Shown here in pieces: positions 26,143 through 38,789 of a DNA stretch of 64,000 bases; position 1 is the stretch's first letter; the number at the start of each line of letters is the position of its first letter. The stretch lies in assembly GCF_988243305.1 (NCBI RefSeq), contig NZ_OZ547136.1; one strand, given 5' to 3'. The notes under the pieces were generated by a model that was not told where the DNA came from, did no database searches, and saw only the letters and a list, made by a program, of their open reading frames with translations. Both the position numbers and the translations under genes were made by a program.

Positions 26143-28233
26143 TCAGGCCAGCGGATCACTTTCTTTTAATTTCGCTTCGAGCAACTGCAATCCCCGCTGG
26201 AAATTACGCTCGTATTCTTCATCAGGTTCATCGTCAGCGACCGGTTGCTGAACGATCACCGTATTACCCACAGGGCGGTATATATTTTCCAGCCACGGCT
26301 CCTGTGGCTTGTGCTCCAGCACGTTGACAATCTCATCCTCGGCATCACGGATTTTTTCCTCTGCGCGTTTACGCATGCCTTTAAGGCGCTGCTGCTGTTT
26401 GTGGTATTCCGCGCTGACCGGGAAGGCTTCGCGTTTATTGCCGTCCCATACCGCCTCGCAAATCACGCTGCCATCCAGGCGACGTACGGTAATTCGTTCG
26501 GCATCATGAATGTCATAGCTGATAAGCACCTTACGACCATGCTCGTCACGCAGCTCGGGCGCGTAGTAAATATTATTCAGCCAGCGTATTTCACAGCGTC
26601 TTACAGGGCGCTCCACCATCGGCCGGAACATATCCCGCAGTTCAACATCGGACAGCCATTCAATTTCCGTGTCCTCTTCCGCCAGGCGTTTTTTTCTGAA
26701 CTCCGCCGGGCTGTAATGTTTACCGTTCGGCTTCATGGGTAATTCATCGTGCGGCCGGTTGTTGTACCACTCAACACCATCACGAATGGCATCAATCAGT
26801 TCAGCCCAGGACGGTGAATCACGCATCGCTGACTGCTGCCGGGCGTTCAGCCGTTTGCCCTGTTGCAGGGCAGTAAATGCCGAGCGTAAATCGCGGTTGG
26901 TTTTGCGTAACGTCTCGCGATCTGCACCTTTCCCGAAATAGGTGCGGTATTTACGGGCTATGCGCATCGGTAATGTGCGGTTAAGCCGTTCGATAATGCC
27001 TCGTCCCTGCGGATTACCGGCAATCCCGGTCGGGTGATTAATCCCCAGTCGCGGCAGTATCCCCACAACCTCCTTATCCAGGATGTCGGCGGTTTCCCCG
27101 GAGCCGTTATCCGAGTAATACAGAAACGGTTTGCCGTGATGGCGAATGCCGTGCTGTATGGCACCGGCTACGGCGAAAACATTTTCAGCCAGGTCAAGGC
27201 TCCAGCCCACCACAAAGCGCGTGCCACCGTCGATAACAAAGGTCACTTCCGGTGCAAATGGCCGACCGTGAACCGGGTGTGCGCATTTCAGCTTCATGCC
27301 GTGACCGTCACCAATCCAGACATAATTCACCGGCATTTTTGACCAGTCGCGGCGCGTGAATCCCTCAAGCTGGCGGTATTCACTGCCGGTCACCCGGCCT
27401 TTTTGTTTCACCACTTCCGGCAGTTTCTTCATTGCGCGGCGAATGGTGTCATAAGACGGCATGATATCGAGCATATAAGGCTCATCAGCGTGCCGGTGCT
27501 GCCATTCAGCGACAAAATCCTCGTAAGCCTCGGTCATTGGTCGGCCGTTTGACTGGCGATACTGCGCCAGAAATTCGGGCAGCCAGTTAATATCTTCGGC
27601 TTTTATTTCCTGGCGCTTACCCGGTGCCAGTAAAAGCAGGCGTTCAGCGGCGTTCTGCGCCTTGTTAAAGGCCGCAATCCAGCGTTTCAGCGTGATTTCA
27701 CTTAACGCGCGGCTGTTTCCCTTTTTGGCGTTCGCCGTCTCAACCATTGCCACAATGCGCTCGTCCAGCTGCGAACGTGCCAGGTTGTCAACGATAAACC
27801 GGATAGCCTTCGCACAGCTGAAACCAGGTTGTTGCGCGACTTTCAGAACTTCGCTGACGATCGCGATTCGTGCATCAGCCACCTGGCGCTGGTTTTCAGT
27901 CAGGGCATTAAGGCGTTCGACCATCAGTTGTGGTGATCCGCGATATGCCTCCACCGCATCAACCACGGCAGGCGAGCGTCTGGCCTTTGTCACCACTGGA
28001 GCCGGTGATTCATCGACTTTTTGAGTCATCAGTTGCAGGGCGTAGCGTTCACGTAATGCCTGCTGCGTCACTTCAGGTAAACAGTCGATGCTGTATTCAG
28101 TTGCTTTAGAGCCTGAGCGACGACGGGAACAACAGCTTTTCCCTTGTACGTAACGTTGTAATGCCTGGCGAATACCTTTTGTTGTAGCAGGCATTCCGGG
28201 CGCACCAATCAGTTCTTTTGCAATGACATACAT
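26143..28233 (-). CDS. DDE transposase A (MuA-like)
   Basis: 696-aa ORF between ner and B. Confidence 0.85.
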   Translation of the reverse strand: MYVIAKELIGAPGMPATTKGIRQALQRYVQGKSCCSRRRSGSKATEYSIDCLPEVTQQALRERYALQLMTQKVDESPAPVVTKARRSPAVVDAVEAYRGSPQLMVERLNALTENQRQVADARIAIVSEVLKVAQQPGFSCAKAIRFIVDNLARSQLDERIVAMVETANAKKGNSRALSEITLKRWIAAFNKAQNAAERLLLLAPGKRQEIKAEDINWLPEFLAQYRQSNGRPMTEAYEDFVAEWQHRHADEPYMLDIMPSYDTIRRAMKKLPEVVKQKGRVTGSEYRQLEGFTRRDWSKMPVNYVWIGDGHGMKLKCAHPVHGRPFAPEVTFVIDGGTRFVVGWSLDLAENVFAVAGAIQHGIRHHGKPFLYYSDNGSGETADILDKEVVGILPRLGINHPTGIAGNPQGRGIIERLNRTLPMRIARKYRTYFGKGADRETLRKTNRDLRSAFTALQQGKRLNARQQSAMRDSPSWAELIDAIRDGVEWYNNRPHDELPMKPNGKHYSPAEFRKKRLAEEDTEIEWLSDVELRDMFRPMVERPVRRCEIRWLNNIYYAPELRDEHGRKVLISYDIHDAERITVRRLDGSVICEAVWDGNKREAFPVSAEYHKQQQRLKGMRKRAEEKIRDAEDEIVNVLEHKPQEPWLENIYRPVGNTVIVQQPVADDEPDEEYERNFQRGLQLLEAKLKESDPLA

Positions 28234-28234
28234 A

Positions 28235-28483
28235 TCATGACGCCTTTCTCATATAGCTCTTAACCTGGTATCGACTGGGCCAGATTTCTTCAGGCGATAC
28301 CCCAAGAGCATCAGCAATTATTTGCTGATACGGTCGGCAAGGAGTACGTAATACGCTTTTCAGCGAATCCCTGCTGTAACCAGCCTTTAAAGATAAAGAG
28401 CGCAGTGATAAGCCAGCCATGTGTAAGCGCGCCTTGATGATTTCAGGCGGCCAATCGTGATCTGAAACTTCTCTTCTACTCAT
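28235..28483 (-). CDS. ner: Ner-like DNA-binding regulator
   Basis: 82 aa; ...SPEEIWPSRYQ matches Ner family C-terminal motif. Confidence 0.8.
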   Translation of the reverse strand: MSRREVSDHDWPPEIIKARLHMAGLSLRSLSLKAGYSRDSLKSVLRTPCRPYQQIIADALGVSPEEIWPSRYQVKSYMRKAS

Positions 28484-28650
28484 ACTTCCTCTATTCTAAA
28501 AAGTTACCCGCGCGGATATTCGTGCGGATATCTGTACGGGTAAATAATAGAACAAACAAAAGAACCAAATCAAGGTATTTTGTTCTTTTTATTCTTTGCG
28601 GTGTTTTTGTTATTAATATCAATAAGATAAATAAAAAGGAACCTGAGAGC
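28484..28650. promoter_or_regulatory. divergent promoter/operator region between ner and repressor
   Basis: Direct repeats GCGGATAT at 28512 and 28524; inverted repeat AAAAGAAC (28556-28565) / GTTCTTTT (28582-28590). Confidence 0.5.
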
Positions 28651-29235
28651 ATGAACATGAAAAACAGTTCTTTTCTCGACGAAGGAAAAGAACCAGTGAT
28701 CGAACGGATTTTTCGTCTTGCAGAGCGTTACAAATCGAGAAGTGAGGCGGCTAGAGCATGGGGAATAAACGTTCAGACATTGCAGAACTACTACAAAAGG
28801 AGAAACAATCAGCCGCCACCACAACCAAGAAAGCACCATCTCCAGAACATTGCAGAAAGAGAACATGTATCTATGGAGTGGCTGGTCAATGGTTATGGTG
28901 ATGAGCCAAGCATGAAAAAAGAACCAATTGAACAAACAAAAAGAACAAAAAAACAAAGAATTGATGATAGTGATTCCATCATCATGAGGGCGTGGGACTC
29001 GCTAACTTCATCTGAACAAGAGATTTTGTCCAACTTATTGATCAGAAAAGGGGCCGAACTACTAACCGTTTTGCTTGATACAGATATTCAAAAACTGCAC
29101 TCATTGAGCGGAGTCAAAAGAGCACTAGCATTGAGTCTACAAGAGTTACCCGATGATACTGTAAGAGAGATTTATGAAGAATGTGAAGCTAAGGTTAATC
29201 ATTTAAATGTAACCCAGAAAAAGGCTGGTGCGTAA
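28651..29235 (+). CDS. prophage repressor (Mu c position)
   Basis: 194 aa from ATG with AAGGA RBS; divergent from ner. Confidence 0.6.
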   Translation: MNMKNSSFLDEGKEPVIERIFRLAERYKSRSEAARAWGINVQTLQNYYKRRNNQPPPQPRKHHLQNIAEREHVSMEWLVNGYGDEPSMKKEPIEQTKRTKKQRIDDSDSIIMRAWDSLTSSEQEILSNLLIRKGAELLTVLLDTDIQKLHSLSGVKRALALSLQELPDDTVREIYEECEAKVNHLNVTQKKAGA

Positions 29236-29319
29236 GGGAGTGGTGCAATTTTTGTGCTGTAGTACACTCCTTTAAAGACAATCTGGAGAAAAACGTTTTA
29301 AGCCTTTTTAAGCGTCAAT

Positions 29320-31105
<1,786 letters not shown>

Positions 31106-31192
31106 ATTCACCCCGAATGTTGTTATGTCTGTTTGCAGTGTAGAGCCATTGTTTGTAAACACAAAAACAACTCCGCTACATCTTATTCTTAT

Positions 31193-31744
31193 TTAATATA
31201 TATCAGAAGCAGGCAGGCTGGAGGATTTCTGCACAAGTCCGGTACACGTTTGACGCTGATAGTGTTGATACTTCCGTAACGCAATGCGGTAATTGTTGGT
31301 GCTGGTGGTGGGCAGCCACGGGGCGAGGATTTCATCAAGGAAACCGTCCTGCAGCTGATCGAGGGAAATATTTTGCTCGTGTAGATGATTACCCAAACGG
31401 CGCAGACGAACGACATATTCACGCACCGTACCTGGGCTCATTTCAGTTTGTTCAAAAAGAAATTGCTTAAAGCCGATAATATCGAAAAAATCACTTTGCG
31501 TTTTGCAATGTAAATCACCGCAGAATCGGCACAATGCCGCCCATGATTTTTGTTCCACTTGCCAGCCATTTTCATCAAGCAGCATGTCCAGGCGGGAAAT
31601 CTCGATTTTATTCACTATTTTGCCGTCGCGAACGAGGGTAATGCGGTCGAGTAATTTACGGCAATGCGCGCAATGAGTCTGGCTGTGTTTAAAGTCTTTA
31701 AGATAGCGGCTTAATGGCCGTCTTTTCAGGTGCTGCACCATCAT
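31193..31744 (-). CDS. fliZ: regulator FliZ
   Basis: MMVQHLKRRPLSRYLKDF... 183 aa. Confidence 0.9.
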   Translation of the reverse strand: MMVQHLKRRPLSRYLKDFKHSQTHCAHCRKLLDRITLVRDGKIVNKIEISRLDMLLDENGWQVEQKSWAALCRFCGDLHCKTQSDFFDIIGFKQFLFEQTEMSPGTVREYVVRLRRLGNHLHEQNISLDQLQDGFLDEILAPWLPTTSTNNYRIALRKYQHYQRQTCTGLVQKSSSLPASDIY

Positions 31745-31789
31745 TAAGAACTCCTGGTAGTCAAAATTAAAGTGCGGCATTTACTGACG

Positions 31790-32509
31790 TTATAACTTAC
31801 CCAGTTTAGTGCGTAACCGTTTAATGGCCTGGCTGTGTAACTGACTGACCCGCGATTCCCCGACCTCCAGCACCGCGCCAATCTCTTTGAGATTCAGCTC
31901 TTCCTGGTAATAGAGGGTTAATACCAGTTTTTCGCGCTCCGGCAACGTTTCGATAGCTTCCATCACCCGCTGGCGCAGATTACTGTCCAGCAGCTGTTGT
32001 AGCGGGTTTTCTCGCTGATGATCATCAGTAACCAGTTCAATGCTATCGCCGTGCTCTTCGCGCCACTCATCGTAGGAGAAGAGCTGGCTGTTATTGGTGT
32101 CGAGCAACATTTGGCGATAATCGGCAATATCGATCCCTAAACGTTCCGCTACCTCAGTTTCCGTGGCGTTACGGCCAAGTTCCTGCTCCAGTTGCCCTAT
32201 TGCCTGTGCCACTTCACGCGCGTTGCGTCGCACGCTGCGCGGCACCCAGTCACGGCTGCGAAGTTCATCCAGCATAGCGCCACGTATACGCTGCACTGCG
32301 TAAGTTGTAAATGCCGTTCCTTGTAGGGCGTCATAGCGTTCGACGGCATTAAGTAACCCAATGCCGCCCGCCTGTAGCAGATCGTCAAGTTCCACGCTCG
32401 CGGGCAGTCGAACCTGCAGGCGCAATGCTTCGTGACGCACCAGCGGGACATAACGCTGCCACAGCGAGTGTTTATCCATTACACCTTCAGCGGTATAGAG
32501 TGAATTCAC
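31790..32509 (-). CDS. fliA: flagellar sigma factor sigma-28
   Basis: 239 aa. Confidence 0.95.
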   Translation of the reverse strand: MNSLYTAEGVMDKHSLWQRYVPLVRHEALRLQVRLPASVELDDLLQAGGIGLLNAVERYDALQGTAFTTYAVQRIRGAMLDELRSRDWVPRSVRRNAREVAQAIGQLEQELGRNATETEVAERLGIDIADYRQMLLDTNNSQLFSYDEWREEHGDSIELVTDDHQRENPLQQLLDSNLRQRVMEAIETLPEREKLVLTLYYQEELNLKEIGAVLEVGESRVSQLHSQAIKRLRTKLGKL

Positions 32510-32630
32510 GATAAACAGCCCTGCGTTATATGAGTTATCGGCATGATTATCCGTTTCTGCAGGGTTTTTAATCGGACGATTAGTGGGTGAAATGAGGGGT
32601 TATTTGGGGGTTACCGGTAAATTGCGGACA

Positions 32631-32657
32631 GAAAAAACCCCGCCGTTGGCGGGGTTT
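32631..32657 (-). terminator. intrinsic terminator downstream of fliC
   Basis: Hairpin ccccgcc/ggcgggg flanked by A6 and T-run. Confidence 0.75.
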
Positions 32658-32673
32658 GAGCGATAAGTGTAAA

Positions 32674-34134
32674 TTAACGCAGCAGAGACAGTACGTTCTG
32701 CGTGGTCTGGTTAGCCTGCGCCAGAACAGAGGTACCCGCTTGTTGCAGGATCTGCGCACGAGACATGTTAGACACTTCGGTCGCGTAGTCAGCATCTTCG
32801 ATACGGCTACGGGCAGAAGACAGGTTGTTTACGGTGTTGCCAAGGTTGGTGATAGCAGAGTCGAAACGGTTTTGTACTGCACCGAGGTCAGAACGCAGAT
32901 TGTCAACTTTAGCCAATGCCTTGTCGATGGTTTCGAGCGGGTTGGTAGTAGATTGCAACGATTTTGCTGCATCTTCTTTTACCAGAATCGGGCTACCACC
33001 TTCTGATTTGCTCAGATACATAGTTTTGCCAAGCCCAGTTACTGTCTTACCATCAGCGCTAACTTCATAATCAGCGCCATTTACAACTAAAGAACTACCC
33101 ACTTTTTTAGCGTTATTTAAGTCCAGATCCGATGCTGTAGCGGCTTTGTTTTCAACCTTAGTTGTAGTGAACTGACCTGCACTATTTTTGTAAACAGGAT
33201 CAGACGTTTTTAATGTTGCGTCCTTCCCTGTCGCATCAATAGTAAAGGTTACATCTTTGCCATCAATATTAGCGGTTAGAGTGCCGTTACCACTGCCATC
33301 AAATGCATCAGTGCCTTTGTTGGTGAAAGTAATACCTTGGTATTTAATTGAGGCATCTTTAGCTAAAGAAACTGCGGCTTTTGCAAGCCCAGTCGCATCA
33401 ATACCTGTACCACCGACTTTTGTATCACTCTTAGTAGTCAGAGAACCATCGGTAGCGCTAACAAAAATTGCGTCACCATCCTCATTTTGAACTGCTCCAC
33501 TATCTACATTAACAGTATAGTTATCAGTACCGTTAATTTGATAATTATCAGTACCTGTCGCTTTAAATTTAGAAATCAGGTCACTGCCAGTTGCTTTCTG
33601 CGCGCCATCGATATTAAAGCCGTCCAGGCCGAGAGTTTTCGCATCAATTTTTGCCAGATTGATAGTGATGGTTTCCCCATCATTAGCACCAACCTGAATT
33701 TTCATTTCATTATTTTCGGCAAGGACTTTCACGCCGTTAAACTGAGTTTGCTCAGATACACGGTCAATTTCTTCCAGACGTTGAGTAATTTCTGCCTGAA
33801 TAGAAGAAAGATCGCTGTCAGAGTTAGTACCGTTAGTTGCCTGAACAGTCAGTTCACGTACACGCTGCAGGTTGTTGTTAATTTCATTCAGCGCACCTTC
33901 AGTAGTCTGCGCAACAGAAATACCATCATTCGCGTTACGGGAAGCCTGAGTCAGACCTTTAATATTTGCCGTAAAACGGTTAGCAATCGCCTGACCTGCT
34001 GCGTCATCTTTAGCACTGTTAATACGCAGGCCAGAAGAGAGACGCTCAATAGCAGAGCTAAGAGAAGACTGAGATTTGTTCAGGTTATTCTGGGTCAACA
34101 GCGACAGGCTGTTTGTATTAATGACTTGTGCCAT
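32674..34134 (-). CDS. fliC: flagellin
   Basis: MAQVINTNSLSLLTQNNLNKSQ... conserved N and C termini, variable middle; 486 aa. Confidence 0.95.
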   Translation of the reverse strand: MAQVINTNSLSLLTQNNLNKSQSSLSSAIERLSSGLRINSAKDDAAGQAIANRFTANIKGLTQASRNANDGISVAQTTEGALNEINNNLQRVRELTVQATNGTNSDSDLSSIQAEITQRLEEIDRVSEQTQFNGVKVLAENNEMKIQVGANDGETITINLAKIDAKTLGLDGFNIDGAQKATGSDLISKFKATGTDNYQINGTDNYTVNVDSGAVQNEDGDAIFVSATDGSLTTKSDTKVGGTGIDATGLAKAAVSLAKDASIKYQGITFTNKGTDAFDGSGNGTLTANIDGKDVTFTIDATGKDATLKTSDPVYKNSAGQFTTTKVENKAATASDLDLNNAKKVGSSLVVNGADYEVSADGKTVTGLGKTMYLSKSEGGSPILVKEDAAKSLQSTTNPLETIDKALAKVDNLRSDLGAVQNRFDSAITNLGNTVNNLSSARSRIEDADYATEVSNMSRAQILQQAGTSVLAQANQTTQNVLSLLR

Positions 34135-34204
34135 GATCTTTTCCTTATCAATTACAACTTGATGTTATTGGGCTGTTGCCCACGGTTTCTCACCGTACCC
34201 CTTG

Positions 34205-34230
34205 TATCGGCACCTGAATTTCGAACTTTA
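34205..34230 (-). promoter_or_regulatory. sigma-28 promoter of fliC
   Basis: TAAAGTTCGAAATTCAGGTGCCGATA on minus strand. Confidence 0.8.
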
Positions 34231-34323
34231 GAAAATTTTAGTTTCTCTCCTGTTTTTTCTTAACGGCTGAAATATCCGTAATATACAACTCTACTCTGCG
34301 CATCATCTTCGTGAATCAACTAT

Positions 34324-34350
34324 TAAACTTTGCGCACAAATTGCCGATAA
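34324..34350 (+). promoter_or_regulatory. sigma-28 promoter of fliD
   Basis: TAAACTTT-N11-GCCGATAA. Confidence 0.8.
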
Positions 34351-34388
34351 CCCGCTTATCTACTGTTTGCAATCAAAAGGAATTAGGT

Positions 34389-35801
34389 ATGGCTTCATTT
34401 ACATCTCTTGGCGTTGGTTCGAATCTGCCGCTGGATACATTGCTAAACAACCTGACCATCGCTGAAAAAAAACGCTTAAACCCAATTACTCAGCAACAGA
34501 GTGACAACACCGCACGTCTGACAGCCTATGGCACATTAAAAAGTGCATTAGAAAAATTCCAGACTGCAAATACTGCGTTAAATAAAGCCGATCTGTTCAA
34601 AAGCACTACCGTTACCAGTAGCAATGAAGACCTTAAAGTTTCCACCGAAGCAGGTGCTGCCCCCGGTATCTATACCATCAGCGTAACCCAACTGGCGCAG
34701 GCGCAATCTTTACGAACTGATTCCCCGACAATCATTGCATCAACAAAAGATGCACTGGGTGATGAGTCATCAGATACACGCACAATAAAAATTACCCAAG
34801 ACGGCCGTAAAGAGCCGCTGGAAATCAAGCTCAATAAAGATCAGACGTCATTGGATGAGATCAGCAAAACCATTAACGATGCCGATAGTGGAATTTCCGC
34901 TAGTATCGTTAAAGTCAAAGATGGTGACTATCAATTGGTATTGACCGCCAGTGAAGGTCTGGCCAATAAAATGACCATATCTGTTGAGGGTGACAGTAAA
35001 TTAAATGATCTGCTGGCTTATGACAGCAAGACCAACACCGGGAATATGAAGGAACTGGTTAACGCGCAAAATGCACAGCTAAACGTTAACGGTATCGATA
35101 TTGAACGTTCAAGTAACAAAATTACCGATGCTCCTCAGGGAGTGACTCTCGATTTGACCAAAAAAGTCACTGACGTCCGGGTCACGGTGACAAAAAGCAA
35201 CGATAAAGCAACCGAAGCAATTAAAGGCTGGGTGGATTCATATAACTCCCTCATTGACACCTTTAACACCCTGACAAAATATAAAGAAGTAGACCCAGGT
35301 GCTGAAGCACAAGATAAAAATAATGGTGCACTTCTCGGAGACAGCGTTGTACGTACAATTCAAAGCGGCATCCGCGCACAATTTGCAAACGGTGCCAGCG
35401 ACGGTGCCTTCAAAACATTAAACGAGATCGGGATTAAGCAGGACGGCACGACGGGTAAGCTGAAAATTGATGATGATAAACTCAAAAAAGTCCTGAATGA
35501 AAATACAGCATCCGTACGTGAATTGCTGGTAGGCGATGGTAAAGAAACAGGAATTACCACCAAAATTGCCACCGAGGTAAAAGGTTACCTTGCCGATGAT
35601 GGCATTATTGATAGCGCACAGGACAGTATTAACGCCACACTGAAAAAACTAACCAAACAGTATCTATCCGTCAGTGCCAGCATTGATGACACCGTGGCGC
35701 GTTACACTGCACAGTTTACGCAATTAGATACCATGATGAGCAAACTGAATAACACCAGTACCTATCTCAGCCAACAATTTACTGCAATGAGTAATTCCTG
35801 A
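34389..35801 (+). CDS. fliD: flagellar filament cap protein
   Basis: MASFTSLGVGSNLPLDTLL... Confidence 0.95.
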   Translation: MASFTSLGVGSNLPLDTLLNNLTIAEKKRLNPITQQQSDNTARLTAYGTLKSALEKFQTANTALNKADLFKSTTVTSSNEDLKVSTEAGAAPGIYTISVTQLAQAQSLRTDSPTIIASTKDALGDESSDTRTIKITQDGRKEPLEIKLNKDQTSLDEISKTINDADSGISASIVKVKDGDYQLVLTASEGLANKMTISVEGDSKLNDLLAYDSKTNTGNMKELVNAQNAQLNVNGIDIERSSNKITDAPQGVTLDLTKKVTDVRVTVTKSNDKATEAIKGWVDSYNSLIDTFNTLTKYKEVDPGAEAQDKNNGALLGDSVVRTIQSGIRAQFANGASDGAFKTLNEIGIKQDGTTGKLKIDDDKLKKVLNENTASVRELLVGDGKETGITTKIATEVKGYLADDGIIDSAQDSINATLKKLTKQYLSVSASIDDTVARYTAQFTQLDTMMSKLNNTSTYLSQQFTAMSNS

Positions 35802-35815
35802 TCACGGAGGTCAGC

Positions 35816-36226
35816 ATGTATACCGCGAGCGGCTCAAAAGCCTATGCACAAATTGGCGTCGAAAGCGCCGTAATGAGCGCCAGCCAGCAGCAGCTGGTCA
35901 CCATGCTATTTGATGGAGTGCTGAGCGCACTGGTTAGAGCGCGCCTGTTTATGCAGGACAACAATCAGCAAGGCAAAGGCGTCTCTTTGTCAAAAGCGAT
36001 CAACATCATTGAGAACGGACTGCGGGTGAGTCTTGATGAAGAGAGCAAAGACGAATTAACCCAAAACTTGATTGCTCTTTATAGCTATATGGTCAGGCGC
36101 TTGCTGCAAGCCAATTTACGCAACGATGTCTCCGCAGTCGAAGAAGTGGAAGCATTAATGCGTAATATTGCCGATGCCTGGAAAGAGTCGTTACTCTCCC
36201 CTTCTTTGATTCAGGACCCAGTCTGA
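35816..36226 (+). CDS. fliS: flagellin chaperone
   Basis: 136 aa. Confidence 0.95.
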   Translation: MYTASGSKAYAQIGVESAVMSASQQQLVTMLFDGVLSALVRARLFMQDNNQQGKGVSLSKAINIIENGLRVSLDEESKDELTQNLIALYSYMVRRLLQANLRNDVSAVEEVEALMRNIADAWKESLLSPSLIQDPV

Positions 36227-36591
36227 TGAACCATGCACCGCATTTGTATTTCGCCTGGCAACAACTCGTCGAAAAAAGCCAGCTCATGTTACGCCTGGCA
36301 ACGGAAGAACAATGGGAAGAACTCATCGCCAGCGAAATGGCGTATGTGAATGCGGTGCAGGAGATTGCACATCTGACTGAAGAGATTGACCCGTCCACCA
36401 CGATGCAGGAGCAGCTCCGCCCGATGCTGCGCCTGATTCTCGACAACGAAAGCAAGGTAAAGCAGTTATTACAGATTCGGATGGATGAACTGGCGAAACT
36501 GGTCGGTCAGTCATCGGTGCAAAAATCGGTGTTAAGTGCCTATGGCGATCAGGGCGGCTTTGTGCTGGCTCCGCAGGATAACCTCTTTTGA
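36226..36591 (+). CDS. fliT: flagellar export chaperone / anti-FlhDC factor
   Basis: 121 aa. Confidence 0.9.
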   Translation: MNHAPHLYFAWQQLVEKSQLMLRLATEEQWEELIASEMAYVNAVQEIAHLTEEIDPSTTMQEQLRPMLRLILDNESKVKQLLQIRMDELAKLVGQSSVQKSVLSAYGDQGGFVLAPQDNLF

Positions 36592-36668
36592 ATCTGAACG
36601 AGTCGATGGCTCGCGAATAATCCGATTACGGCTACGCTTCTAATGTTCCCCTTGAATGGAGTCGAAGA

Positions 36669-38156
36669 ATGCGTAATCCCACGCTGTTACAATGTTTTCA
36701 CTGGTATTACCCGGAAGGCGGTAAGCTCTGGCCTGAACTGGCCGAGCGCGCCGACGGTTTTAATGATATTGGTATCAATATGGTCTGGTTGCCGCCCGCC
36801 TATAAAGGCGCATCGGGCGGGTATTCGGTCGGCTACGACTCCTATGATTTATTTGATTTAGGCGAGTTTGATCAGAAAGGCAGCATCCCTACTAAATATG
36901 GCGATAAAGCACAACTGCTGGCCGCCATTGACGCTCTGAAACGTAATGACATTGCGGTGCTGTTGGACGTGGTAGTCAACCACAAAATGGGCGCGGATGA
37001 AAAAGAAGCTATTCGCGTGCAGCGTGTAAATGCTGATGACCGTACGCAAATTGACGAAGAAATCATAGAGTGCAAAGGCTGGACGCGTTACACCTTCCCC
37101 GCCCGTGCCGGGCAATACTCGCAGTTTATCTGGGATTTCAAATGTTTTAGCGGTATCGACCATATCGAAAACCCTGATGAAGATGGCATTTTTAAAATTG
37201 TTAACGACTACACCGGTGAAGGCTGGAACGATCAGGTTGATGATGAACTCGGTAATTTCGATTATCTGATGGGTGAGAATATCGATTTCCGCAATCATGC
37301 CGTGACGGAAGAGATTAAATACTGGGCGCGCTGGGTGATGGAACAAACACAATGCGACGGTTTTCGTCTTGATGCGGTCAAACATATTCCGGCGTGGTTT
37401 TATAAAGAGTGGATCGAACACGTACAGGAAGTTGCGCCAAAGCCGCTGTTTATTGTGGCGGAGTACTGGTCGCATGAAGTCGATAAACTGCAAACGTATA
37501 TTGATCAGGTGGAAGGCAAAACCATGCTGTTCGATGCGCCGCTGCAGATGAAATTCCATGAAGCATCGCGCATGGGGCGCGACTACGACATGACGCAGAT
37601 TTTCACGGGTACATTAGTGGAAGCCGATCCTTTCCACGCCGTGACGCTCGTTGCCAATCACGACACCCAACCGTTGCAAGCCCTCGAAGCGCCGGTCGAA
37701 CCGTGGTTTAAACCGCTGGCGTATGCCTTAATTTTGTTGCGGGAAAATGGCGTTCCTTCGGTATTCTATCCGGACCTCTACGGTGCGCATTACGAAGATG
37801 TCGGTGGTGACGGGCAAACCTATCCGATAGATATGCCAATAATCGAACAGCTTGATGAGTTAATTCTCGCCCGTCAGCGTTTCGCCCACGGTGTACAGAC
37901 GTTATTTTTCGACCATCCGAACTGCATTGCCTTTAGTCGCAGTGGCACTGACGAATATCCCGGCTGCGTGGTGGTCATGTCGAACGGGGATGATGGCGAA
38001 AAAACCATTCATCTGGGAGAGAATTACGGCAATAAAACCTGGCGTGATTTTCTGGGGAATCGGCAAGAGAGCGTAGTGACCGACGAAAACGGCGAAGCGA
38101 CCTTCTTTTGCAACGGCGGCAGCGTCAGCGTGTGGGTTATCGAAGAGGTGATTTAA
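36669..38156 (+). CDS. amyA: cytoplasmic alpha-amylase
   Basis: 495 aa, [21 protein letters not shown]... Confidence 0.95.
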   Translation: MRNPTLLQCFHWYYPEGGKLWPELAERADGFNDIGINMVWLPPAYKGASGGYSVGYDSYDLFDLGEFDQKGSIPTKYGDKAQLLAAIDALKRNDIAVLLDVVVNHKMGADEKEAIRVQRVNADDRTQIDEEIIECKGWTRYTFPARAGQYSQFIWDFKCFSGIDHIENPDEDGIFKIVNDYTGEGWNDQVDDELGNFDYLMGENIDFRNHAVTEEIKYWARWVMEQTQCDGFRLDAVKHIPAWFYKEWIEHVQEVAPKPLFIVAEYWSHEVDKLQTYIDQVEGKTMLFDAPLQMKFHEASRMGRDYDMTQIFTGTLVEADPFHAVTLVANHDTQPLQALEAPVEPWFKPLAYALILLRENGVPSVFYPDLYGAHYEDVGGDGQTYPIDMPIIEQLDELILARQRFAHGVQTLFFDHPNCIAFSRSGTDEYPGCVVVMSNGDDGEKTIHLGENYGNKTWRDFLGNRQESVVTDENGEATFFCNGGSVSVWVIEEVI

Positions 38157-38162
38157 ATTCAT

Positions 38163-38181
38163 CCCCGGCGGCAAGCCGGGG
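38163..38181. terminator. hairpin between convergent amyA and yedD (candidate bidirectional terminator)
   Basis: ccccggc-ggcaa-gccgggg. Confidence 0.45.
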
Positions 38182-38189
38182 AGATTTCA

Positions 38190-38603
38190 TTACGGCAGTG
38201 GCGTCGGTAACGGCGCTTTATCCAGCGCGGCGGCACACTCTGCCGTCGGGCGATCCACACGCTCCATCGTCATACCATCGTACTCAATGGTGTTACCGTC
38301 ACGCTCAACCTCGTACAGCTCACGTTTTACGGTAACGTTAGTGAGATCATCAGACATCAATGTCAACTTGCCCGGCACGGCAATCACCCGCTGCCACTGA
38401 CGGCAATCCAGGGTATCGCCCTCTTTAGTGACAATCAGGCTGCCTATCGCTTCCGGACTGACCAGCGCACGTTGCGGCCCTTTGGTCTGCCAGTAGCCCG
38501 CCAGCCAGTCCGGCGCGGGGGTTTTCACGACATTGTTATAGTTTTCGACTTCGGCACAGCCCGCCAGCAACATGAGCGCGCCTGCAATTGCGAGTTTTTT
38601 CAT
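38190..38603 (-). CDS. yedD: lipoprotein YedD
   Basis: MKKLAIAGALMLLAGC lipobox. Confidence 0.9.
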   Translation of the reverse strand: MKKLAIAGALMLLAGCAEVENYNNVVKTPAPDWLAGYWQTKGPQRALVSPEAIGSLIVTKEGDTLDCRQWQRVIAVPGKLTLMSDDLTNVTVKRELYEVERDGNTIEYDGMTMERVDRPTAECAAALDKAPLPTPLP

Positions 38604-38789
38604 CATTCGTCCTGCATGAGAAGAAAAGAGGATTGTGGCATTAAAGCCCTGATGTCGCCAGCCTTTCCAGGTTCAGAGAGAAATTTGATCTAACTATTAT
38701 TTTTGTGAATTATTACCCCGAAAATAAATTTGCATGATGTATGATTCGCGATTCTTGTTTCAAACCTTCTGAGTTCAGAGGCTACATTC

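Noticed and set aside
26143-28233. Transposase gene considered as part of an insertion sequence
   Set aside because: It is flanked by ner, B and the full set of phage morphogenesis genes, so it belongs to the transposable prophage, not an IS.
28522-28650. N-terminal 43-codon extension of the repressor ORF
   Set aside because: Covers the AT-rich operator region and lacks an RBS; the ATG at 28651 has a good AAGGA RBS.
36858-37559. 233-aa minus-strand ORF inside amyA
   Set aside because: Antisense to amyA, which is unambiguous; composition not protein-like.
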